From Squalus acanthias (taxonomy: Eukaryota), in the NCBI GenBank assembly GCA_030390025.1, contig CM059432.1:3162001-3226000 (forward strand): a stretch of DNA of 64,000 nucleotides, given 5' to 3'. The position numbers and the translations under genes are program-made. Shown here piece by piece: positions 12,958 through 22,423 of this stretch (positions are counted from its first letter, which is position 1; every line of letters starts with the position of its first letter). The notes beneath the pieces are model-generated. The model made no database searches. It was not told the origin of the DNA and worked only from the letters and a program-made list of their open reading frames with translations.

Positions 12958-13335
12958 AATCAGAGAATGACACAGCACAGGAGGAGGCCATTCGGCCCAT
13001 CGTGCCTGTGCCGGCTCTTTGAACGTGCTCTCCAATTAGCCCCACTCCCCCCCTGCTCTTTCCCCATAGCCCTGCAAATTTCTCCTTTCCAAATATTTAT
13101 CCAATTCCCCTTTTGAAAGTTACTATTGAATCTTCTTCCACCGCCCTTTCGGGCAGCGCGTTCCAGATCACAACAACTCGTAAAAAAAAATTCTCCCCAT
13201 CTCCCCTCTGGTTCTTTTGCCAACGACCTTCGCTCTGTGTCCTCTGGTTACCGACCCTCCTGCCATGTGGAAACAGTCTCTCCCCATCTTACTGTATCAT
13301 ATGTTTGTAAACCCCTTCGTAATTTTCAACACCTC
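12958..13335 (-). mobile_element. CR1 3' fragment, partly duplicated in inverted orientation at 12704-12859
   Basis: CR1 tail; near-identical reverse-complement copy just upstream. Confidence 0.85.
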
Positions 13336-13603
13336 TGTTTAATCACTTTTATGATTGATAGCGAGACTTGGCCGGTCAGACGGGCAGCCCGGAGATTTTG
13401 GATGAGCTGGAGTTTACGGAGCGTTCGCAGCTGAAAGCAGAAGCGGAGAGAAATTGGGGGCTGAAATTGAGCTTCGTCAGGATGTGCAAAGCTGGCGGTG
13501 GCGGGGCGACGGACAGGAAGATCGGACCCCCCGGGGGGGTATGACGCTCGGCTGATCTGCCTCCTCCAATTTTGTGCCCCTCCCAGTTGAATTTCAAATG
13601 GGG

Positions 13604-14025
13604 AAAAAGAAAGACTTGCATTTCTATCGCGCCTTTCATGACCACCGGACGTCCCAAAGCACTTTACAGCAGATGAAGTACTTCTGAAGTGGAGTCACTG
13701 TTGTAATGTAGGAAATGTGGCAGCTAATTTGCGCACAGCAAGGTCCCTCAATGATGATGACCAGATACTGTACTCTGTTTTTGTGATGTTGATTGAGGGA
13801 TAAATATTGGCCCCAGGACACCGGGGGAGAACTCCCCTGCTCTTCTTCGAAATAGTGGCCGTGGGATCTTTTACGTCCACCTGAGCGAGCAGTCGGGGCC
13901 TCGTTTGAACATCTCATCCGAAAGACGGCACCTCCGACAGTGCAGCACTCCCTCAGCACAGCACTGGAGTGTCAGCCTAGATTTTTGGGCTCAAGTCTCT
14001 GGAGTGGGACTCGAACCTGCAACCT
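13604..14025 (-). mobile_element. Deu-domain SINE
   Basis: Matches the other copies; B box at the head end. Confidence 0.88.
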
Positions 14026-15597
14026 TCACCCCCCCCCCACCCCTCCCCCTCCCCACCCCATTGCGAGATCATCGCTGAAAGCAGTAAGGGGGGAGGGACT
14101 CCGGCTGTTTTCCACAGGGAGGGGAAGAGTCCGGCTAGTCAAGTGTGCATTGCCGAAAGCAATCTCAGAGAGCCACTGTAGTTAATTACCGCGCTGAGAA
14201 GGGGGCCGGTTAGTCAGTGATCGCAGCTGAAAGCAGGATTGCAGAGCGACAGTGGGTGGGCTACATTAAGTCAGTTATGAGCTGTCGGAAACCCATGGGA
14301 ATGCCAGGCGCAGAGCCCTGTGTAAATATAGCAGTGGGGACTCGAGAGACACGGAGTCACAGGGAGGTCAGCCTTGCCAAATCAATCACTGAAGATTCCA
14401 CTTACCCTAGGAGCTGAAAGCAGGCACCAGCTCTGACCCGTCATTCTAAAAGGTGCATTCTGCTACGTAATGCTTCCAAGTGATCACTGAGAGGTGAAAG
14501 GGCTGAGATTGTCTTCCTCTGGGGCCAGTTGCCCGGGCCACTCGCTCGCGCCTACCGACTGAGGCACGGCTTTAACGGTCTGGATTGAGCGCACGCACAT
14601 GCGGACTGACAGCTCCCCAAACCCTAGCCGGAGATCTGCCATGTGGTGGAGTTGTCTGCTCCTTGAATACACTGGCTTATCCCCTGCAGCTTGAAAGCTT
14701 TGAATAGATTGAATCCGATAGGAGGAACTCGCACACTTGGAAAAGCACGGCATTGGGCATTAAAGTTTATTTAAACTAATTTCTTACGACCCTGGTCACA
14801 TTCCCCCACAATCCCATAATTTTAAGGTGTTTTTTAAAAAAAAACAAAAACAGCAAGAGAACAGATGTGAGGGATTTTGTTTAATCTGTGAGCGTTAAGC
14901 AGCCCCCTTCGCCATGCCAATACGTCATTCGATTACCATTGGCTGGATATATGACATCTGGATCAGGCCAAGTTATTTTCTGTAGTAACACCATCAATGA
15001 CTAAAGATGCTGTTTTAGAAATAAAGAGAAAGATATGGTGGGTTTTGCACTGAAAGGGGATGAGGGTGGGTGAAAAATGTTAATAATGTAACCCACTATG
15101 TGATATATTAATTCTGAAAAGTAAATGTCCTCTAAAATAGCAAACCCCAGTGAGCTGGAGGGCACTTGCTCAAGAATTGCCTTGGTAGCAGCATGTGTCT
15201 TACAGCATTCACCTACTGTATCTTTACACAGTTTTATTGAATTTCATGACTTTGTGCAAATAGGGCTGACAGTAAAAGCAGCTGACTCTGAAATCTCATT
15301 TCCCCAACAAGCAATATAGGTTCTCCTTTCTCTTCTGCGGTTTAGTAAATAAAGTTTTAATTTTCCACCTTTTGAATAGCTTGTAAACTCCGTAATATCA
15401 CACAATTTTCCAGTTTAAAAAAAAATCTATATTAAAATTTCAGCATTTTCACATTCGCAAAGTTTGCGCACGCTTTTATTCAGCGATACAAAAAAAATAT
15501 GGAATGCAAAGTAAAGAAGGCGGCACATTTTTGCGGCTGCTTATATTCTGGTCAGTATAGCTGGGGAAGGGACTTGGCTTGGCATTCTGGTCCTGTC

Positions 15598-16159
15598 TGG
15601 AACATAGGAACAGGAGGAGGCCATTCAGCCCCTCCAGCCTGTTCTGCCATTCAATGAGATCATGGCTGATCTGTATCTTAACTCCATCTACCCGCCTTGG
15701 TTTCGTAACCCTTAATACCCTCACCCAACAAAAATCTATCAATCTCAGTCTTAACATTTTCAATTGACCCCCCCCCCACCCCCCCCAACCCTCCCTCAAC
15801 AGCTTTTTGGGGGAGAGAGTTTGAGAGTTCCAGATTTCCACTGCCCTTTGTGCTTCCTGACATCACCCTTGAACAGCCTGGCTCTAATTTTAAGGTCACA
15901 CCCCCTTGTTCTGGACTCCCCCACCAGAGGAAATACAAAGTTATGTACAGAAACAGGCCCAACAGGTCCATGCCGGTGTTTCTGCTCCACATGAGCCTCC
16001 TCCCACTGCTCTTCATCTCACCCCATCAACACAATCCTTCTCACTATCTACCCTATCAAACCCTTTAATCATCTTAAACACCTCAATTAGATCACGTATT
16101 AATCTTCTCTACTCCAGGGAGTACAAGCCTAGTCTGTGCAACCTGTCCTCATAATTTAA
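15598..16159 (-). mobile_element. CR1 3' fragment (continues at 20555-20790)
   Basis: Joining CCTGTCCTCATAATTTAA with CCCTTTTGTCCCCGGTATCATTC reproduces the CR1 sequence seen near 39510-39560. Confidence 0.8.
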
Positions 16160-16705
16160 ATGTGAGAAGTCGCACAACACCAGGTTATAGTCCAAGGGGT
16201 AAAAATTCAGTTGGTTGCGCCTCCCGTTAGCGCCTTAAATGGGCGCTAATGGGGCGTTAAGGCGCTAACGCCCGGGCGCAGCGCTGTTTGCGCCGCTCGA
16301 GAACTTAACTTGAGATTGTGCGGCGGCGCTAAAACTTACCGCTGCGACCACCTGCGCGCGCAGATTGTGACGTCAGTCCGTGGTGCAACGCCCTTGGGGC
16401 GCCCCGGAGCGGAAATTGAGTGGCGCCCCCTGCCTTACCGCCTGGCGCTTCCAACGACCAGAAGACTGGAACGTTATCAATCGGTCTGGGGCTGGGGGGG
16501 GCGCTATTTAAAGGGGGCCTCTTCCTGTCTTTTTCTGTGGTCGACATTTATGCACCACTCGTTCTGAGAGAGAGAGAGAGATTCGGAGAGAGAGAGAGAG
16601 ACTTCTACATTGACTCAACGCTTTGTGAGGTGGTTTTGCCTAGTTCATCCTAACTTTGCTGCTACTTTCGTTGCTGTACCTCATTACTTTTCTGGCAAAG
16701 AGAAG

Positions 16706-17848
16706 ATGGGGGCTGCAATGATTGGGGGCGTCGTCCTGCTCCAGCTCAATCGGAGCAGAGTGAGACGCAGACAGAGAGTGGCAATGATGGCCAGACGGAG
16801 GAGGCCCATCAGGCGCATGTACAGGAGAGCTTACCCTCCCAGGGTATATCGTGAACAGCTCTCCTACATCCACATGTCCGAGGAGCTGTGTTTGCGAAGG
16901 CTGCGATTCAGCAAGGAGGTGGTCACTGAGCTCTGCCACCTGCTGCAGCCAGATCTGCAGCCTCAGCTGAGGTCCAGGACGTCTCTGTCGGTGGCAGTGA
17001 AGGTCACAGTGGCCTTGAACTTCTACGCCACTGGCTCATTCCAAGCTGCTGTTGGGGACCTCGCCAATATCTCCCAGTTTGCGGTGCATCGCTGCATCCG
17101 GCAGGTCACCAATGCCCTCTTCACAAGGAGACGAGACTTCATCTCCTTCCCTATGACCCCAGACAAGCAGCATGACCGTGCTATGGGCTTTGCGAGGGTA
17201 GCGGGCTTCCCCATGGTGCAGGGCGCCATTGACTGCACGCATGTGGCTTTGCGTGCTCCGCGAGAGAATGCAGAGGAGTTCCGGAACAGAAAGGGGTTCC
17301 ATTCCTTGAATGTGCAGTTGGTCTGTGACCACAGACAGGTGATTCTCGCTGTCAATGCCCACTATCCGGGCAGCTGCCACGATGCTTTCATCCTGCGCCA
17401 GAGTACTGTGGCAGAAATTTTCGAGGCACCGCATCTGGGGGACAAGGGGTACGCATTGAGCACCTGGCTGATGACACCGCTCCGTGCGCCAAACACCCCT
17501 GCTGAGCTGCGGTACCAGGAAAGCCAACAAGCAACGAGGAACATTATTGAGCGCACAATCGGCGTGCTCAAACAACGATTCCGCTGTCTGGACCATTCCG
17601 GAGGAGCCCTGCAGTACTCGCCTGAGCAAGTTTCCAAATTCGTAGTGGTGTGCTGCATGTTGCACAACATGGCAATCCTCAGGACGCAGCCAATGCCACC
17701 AGGCCTTGCAGCACCACAAGAGGAGGAGGAGGAAGAGGAGGAACAGGCCGAGGACGATGATCAGCAGCAGCACCAAGGCAGGAGGGCGGCCCACAATGGT
17801 CAAACTGCAAGGGCCGTCCGTCAACGACTAATAGCAAGCCGCTTCTAG
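16706..17848 (+). CDS. Harbinger DDE transposase (HARBI1-like family), 380 aa, 6-aa deletion before GDKGY
   Basis: Motifs GAIDCTH, NRKGFHSLNVQLVCD, YPGSCHDAFIL, GDKGY, RNIIERTIGVLKQRFRCL, CCMLHN; first in-frame ATG at 16706. Confidence 0.93.
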   Translation: MGAAMIGGVVLLQLNRSRVRRRQRVAMMARRRRPIRRMYRRAYPPRVYREQLSYIHMSEELCLRRLRFSKEVVTELCHLLQPDLQPQLRSRTSLSVAVKVTVALNFYATGSFQAAVGDLANISQFAVHRCIRQVTNALFTRRRDFISFPMTPDKQHDRAMGFARVAGFPMVQGAIDCTHVALRAPRENAEEFRNRKGFHSLNVQLVCDHRQVILAVNAHYPGSCHDAFILRQSTVAEIFEAPHLGDKGYALSTWLMTPLRAPNTPAELRYQESQQATRNIIERTIGVLKQRFRCLDHSGGALQYSPEQVSKFVVVCCMLHNMAILRTQPMPPGLAAPQEEEEEEEEQAEDDDQQQHQGRRAAHNGQTARAVRQRLIASRF

Positions 17849-18142
17849 GGCCCCTGCCAGTGCTACAAACACGAATCAACCCAGCACGCAACCCCTAAGC
17901 CGGCCAAGGCACCAATAATTCCAACCACCAGCCATGTATATTTTGAATACAGAAACTTATTTATTGTACAAACTCTGTGTGTGTCAATTCCTCATGACAA
18001 ACTCATAGAAATAAACACAAAAAAACAGTCAATAACATAACTGGTTCTCACAACCTGGAGATAATGTCCAAAACACTAAACAAAAGTTGGGCCATGAACC
18101 TCGGCCTTTAATAAAAAAATGACCAGCATTTTGGCACACCTC

Positions 18143-20141
18143 CTACTTTTTGCCCTTCGAGGGTGATCTCCTTCCCTTGCGCACTTCCCCCCTTCTAACC
18201 CTACTGCTCCTCCGTAATGGGACCTCAGTGGCTGCAGCAAGGCTGGTGGAAGGCTGCTGCTTGTCAGACCCTGACACTGCAGATGCCCCTGAAGGCCGGC
18301 CTCGACCACTTCTGGGCCTGGAGGGCCCGGCTGCAGACTGCACCAACTCTGCATGGGCGGCAGCAGTCTGTCCTACAGGCGGTGGCAAGTGCAGTGGAGA
18401 AGTGACAGTGTTGGCAGCAGGAATGCTGTCATCGTGAGAGAGGACAGCAACTCCCTGCTCGCCCGACACACTGGCACTCCCACGGGGCAGCACTTCAGCA
18501 TCCGGAGCAATTTGCCTGAGAACAGATTGCTGGCCTGCTGCGGCGCGGTGACAGCCCCGGGGACATGTGCACGAACCATCGAGGATGGCAGCAGTCAGTG
18601 CTCGCGTGGCCTCAATCTGAGTCTGCATGAGAGCAGGCTCAGATGGGTTCCTGGCAGCCAGTGACTGAATTGCAGCAGTAAGCTTTAGTGTGGCATCCGC
18701 CTGTGCTACAGCGAAGTGCTCCACACTCCTTGCCAGTGCCTCAATGCATTCGGGCACCCTTCCCACTGCACCCATGAGCTCAGTGTGCATGACCACCGCC
18801 TGGCTGTTCATTTCTGCAATCATCCGCTCCTCCTCTGCGTCCATTGCATTAGGAGTGTCTGGCATACTCTCCCTCTGGGGAGAAGGCTCCCGTTCTTCCC
18901 TCCCCCCCCCCATGGCGTTGCTGCAGCCCGCTGGGTCCTGGAACTTCACCATCATCAGCCCCTTCCCCCCTGCTCCCCCGTTCTTCCCTCCACCCCCCCA
19001 TGGCGTTGCTGCAGCACGCTGGGTCCTGGAACTTCACCATCATCAGCCCCTTCCCCCCTGCTCCCCCGTTCTTCCCTCCCCCCCCCATGGCGTTGCTGCA
19101 GCCCGCTGGGTCCTGGAACTTCACCATCATCAGCCCCTTCTCCCCTGCTCCCCTCCGGGGAAGGCGTGTTCCCAGTGTGGCCATGGGCTTCCTCGGGAGA
19201 GGGTGGCACTGATGCTCCGGCTTCCTCTTCCTCCTCAGCTGCAGCATCACTCCCAGTGGCAGCTTCAGGGACCATCTCCTCAGCTGGTGAATCACCATCT
19301 GAAAGCAGGGAGGTACAAGAGTGGCTTTAGCGTGAGGACAGGGTGGCAGTAAGGGAGGAATAAGTGCAGCGAGTTAGCAAGTTGGATTGAAAGTGTCAAA
19401 GGCTGGTATTGTGAGGGACAAGTGGAAGGACAGAGGACAAAAAGGTGATGACCTTACCATTGCTGTCCACAACGGGGTCGGCGTCTCCAGTGGCGACGGG
19501 ACCGATCACCCGGCTTGCCACAATCCTGTGGACGCGCTCCTCCAGATCGCTGAGGGGTTGCAGCTGAAGCCGCCCTCCACCCGTCCGTTGCTGCTGTCTC
19601 CGATTATGAGCCAGCTTAGCCTGCAAGAAAAAGGACAGCATCTGAGTCAATATGCAGCCATGGTCTTGCCTGATGTGCCTCCCATAGGTGAATAGCCCTT
19701 ACAATATGCAGCCATGGTCTTGCCTGATGTGCCTCCCATAGGTGAATAGCCCTTACTGTATGCAAAGTGTGGAATGTGTGTGTGTGTTTGATGAAAGGGC
19801 CATAGGTGTTGGATGAGTGTTGTGCATTGGGGTTTTAAGACCCTCTGGCCATAGAGTGAGGTTGAGATGGAGGGATGGAGAGGTATTGAGAAAAAGCCAC
19901 TCACCCTGACGACCCGAGTGAGGTCGTTGAACTTTTTGCGGCACTGGACATGGGTCCTGGGCACCATGCTCCTGGAGGAGACGCTCTGAGCCACCTCCCT
20001 CCACACTCTTCTGAACTCGCGTGGCAAAGGCCTCCTGCCACTCTCTGGGAACAGCATGCATCGTCTGCGCTCCACTGCGTCAACCAGAGCATCCAAGGCC
20101 CGCTCGGTGAAGCGATGAGCGCGTTCTCTCACCCTCTCCAT
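18143..20141 (-). pseudogene. Harbinger Myb/SANT-like gene, copy 1; exons 20141-19905, 19620-19458, 19298-18143; frameshifted in exon 3 (stop at 18957-18955, ~247 aa)
   Basis: Exon 1 encodes RFTERALDALV...VWREVAQSVSSRSMVPRTHVQCRKKFNDL; canonical GT-AG sites; a triplicated 87/88-nt unit shifts the frame. Confidence 0.85.
18890..19155. repeat. Three tandem 87-88-nt units inside Myb exon 3 of copy 1
   Basis: CATGGCGTTG recurs at 18911, 18999 and 19086; copy 2 has a single unit. Confidence 0.92.
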
Positions 20142-20516
20142 TCTTGGCAGCAAAATGGATTACAGGTCTCTCCAGGCTGAGATTCAAGGCTGCAATGAGC
20201 AGGGTGTGGCTGGGGAGCAAGTGGCCCCCCCCGCTTTAAGAAGTGTCCGGCGCCAGTGTGTCTGTGTTACCGCGCTAACTGGCAGCAGCTGCGCTGCGCT
20301 CGTGCGCTGAGTTAGCGCCTCACTCCTAGGCCTTTGCGCCTTAAGAGAGGTGTGCAGCGCCTAATTTAGCGCTCCACTCACCTCCCGGGGCGGTAAAAGT
20401 GAAGTTTCCTGTCAGTGCCGATAATTAGCGCCAGGCGCTAATATTTGCACGCGGACGATATTTGCGCCCCAAATGGGGCGCGACCTAATTTCTACCCCCA
20501 ACAGTTTTATTTGAAA

Positions 20517-20554
20517 TCACAAGCTTTCGGAACTGCTGCCCCTTCGTCAGGTGA
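20517..20554 (-). ncRNA. Minimal type I hammerhead ribozyme motif in a Penelope-like terminal remnant (remnant spans 16160-16195 plus 20499-20554)
   Basis: Minus strand reads UCAC-CUGACGA-A-GGGG-CAGCAG-UUCC-GAAA-GC-UU-GUGA: intact core, stem I UCAC/GUGA, stem II GGGG/UUCC, palindromic AAGCUU in place of stem III. Confidence 0.7.
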
Positions 20555-20796
20555 CCCTTTTGTCCCCGGTATCATTCTGGTGAATCTGCGCTGCTCCCCC
20601 TCCAAGGCCGATATATCCTTCCCGAGATGGTGGTACCCAGAACTGAACGCAGTTACTCCAGATGGGGTCTAACCAGAGCTCCATACAACTGTAACATAAC
20701 ATCCACCCCTTTGTATTCCTGCACCCTTGAGGTAAAGGCCAGCATTCTATTAGCCTTTTAAATTATTTTTGTACCTGTCCACTAGCTCTCAGAGAA

Positions 20797-21170
20797 GAAA
20801 AAAAAGAAAGACTTGCATTTCTACAGAGCCTTTCACGACCACCGGACGTCCCAAAGCGCTTTACAGCCAATGAGGTACTATTTGAAGTGCAGTCACTGTT
20901 GTAATGTGGGAAACACTGTGGCCAATTTGCGCACAGCAAGATCCCACAAACAGCAATGTGATAATGACCAGATAATCTGTTTTTAGTGATGTTGATTGAG
21001 GGATAAATATTGGCCCAGGTCACCGGGCAGAACTCCCCTGCTCTTTTTCGCAATAGTGCCATGGGATCTTATACGTCCACCTGAGGGAACAGACAGGGCC
21101 TCGATTTAACGTCTCATCCGAAAGACGGCACATCCGACATTGCACTGGAGAGTCAGCCTAGATTTTTTGT
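20797..21170 (-). mobile_element. Deu-domain SINE, head truncated
   Basis: Tail and Deu core match the other copies. Confidence 0.85.
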
Positions 21171-21466
21171 GCAAGAGGCCAGAATTGGAGGAGCACAGAG
21201 ATCTCGGAGGGTTGTAAGGCTGGAGGAGATTACAGAGATAGGGAGGTGGGGGGGGGGGGGCCGAGACCATGGAGGGATTTGAAAACAAGAATGATGATTT
21301 AAAAATAGAGGCGTTGCCGGACCGGGAGCCAGTGTTGGTCAGTGAGTACAGGGGGTGATGGGTGAACGGGACTTGGTACGAGTTAGGACACGGGCAGCAG
21401 AGTTTTGGATGAGCTCAAGTTTACGGAGGGTGGAGGATGCGAGGCCGGCCAGGAGGGCATTGGAAT
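21170..21466 (-). mobile_element. L2 LINE fragment
   Basis: Similar to 10020-10280 and 54107-54446. Confidence 0.78.
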
Positions 21467-21618
21467 GTTTAGTGTGCAGCATTTCTAATCTTCTCACTGA
21501 GGTTTCAAGCGGATTTGGAACTCAGTAAAATGAGTGAACACCAGGTGTGAACAGGGGAACTCTTAGCTTTTGTAATCCCAACGGTTCAGTACCCTGCAGC
21601 TGCTCACCAGGATTATAA

Positions 21619-21911
21619 GTGGCTCAGTGGGTAGCACCCTCGCCTCTGAGTCAGAAGGTTGTGGGTTCGAGTCCCACTCCAGAGACTTGAGCATAAAGTC
21701 CAGGCTGACACTCCCAGTGCAGTGCTGAGGGAGTGCTGCACTGTCGGAGGTGCCATCTTTCGGATGAGACATTAAACCGCGGCCCCGTCTGCTCTCTCTC
21801 AGGTTGGACGTAAAAGATCCCACGGCCACTATTTCGAAGAAGAGCAGGGGAGTTCACCCCGGTGTCCTGGGGCCAATATTTATCCTTCAACCAACATCAC
21901 TAAAACAGATT
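21619..21911 (+). mobile_element. Deu SINE 5' half, split by Harbinger copy 2 (3' half 26074-26232)
   Basis: ACTAAAACAGATT joined to ATCTGGTCATTATCACATTG restores the SINE sequence. Confidence 0.92.
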
Positions 21912-22423
21912 GGGGTAAAAATTCAGTTGGTTGCGCCTCCCGTTAGCGCCTTAAGAGGACGCTAATGGGGCGCAAAGCCGCTAACGCCCGGGCGCAGCGA
22001 TGTTTGCGCCGCTCCGGAACTTAACTAGACATTGTGCGGCGGCGCTAAACTTTACCGCTGCGACCACCTGCGCGCGCAGATTGTGACGTCATTCCATGGT
22101 GCAACGCCCTTGTGGCGCCCCAGAGCGGAAATTGAGTGGCGCCCCCTGCCTTACCGCCTGGCGCATCCAACGACCGGAAGACTGGAACGCTATCAATCGC
22201 TGTGGGGCTGGGGGGGGGCGCTATTTAAAGGGGGCCTCTTCCTGTCTTTTTCTGTGGTTGACATTTTTGCACCACTCGTTCTGAGAGAGAGAGAGAGATT
22301 CGGAGAGAGAGAAAGAGAGACTTCTGCATTGAGTCAACGCTTTGTGAGGTAGTTTTGCCTACTGATCCTAACTTCGCTGGTACTTTGGTTGCTGTCCTTC
22401 ATTACTTTGCTTGCAAAGAGACT

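Larger units (their letters stand above)
16196..20498 (+). mobile_element. PIF/Harbinger DNA transposon, copy 1 (4303 bp, lesions in both genes)
   Basis: TIRs GGGGTAAAAATT and AATTTCTACCCC; TSD CAA (16193-16195, 20499-20501); convergent transposase and Myb genes. Confidence 0.95.

Noticed and set aside
17036..17824. Long antisense ORFs over the transposase (also 22754-23560)
   Set aside because: Shadow frames of a GC-rich CDS with non-ATG starts and no recognisable domain.
19670..19705. Hammerhead-like CTGATGT-GCCT...AGGT-GAAT in the intron repeat
   Set aside because: Core positions deviate (CUGAUGU, GAAU) and no convincing stems I or III.
21619..21682. tRNA gene calls at SINE heads
   Set aside because: A and B boxes continue directly into SINE bodies; no complete cloverleaf or terminator.
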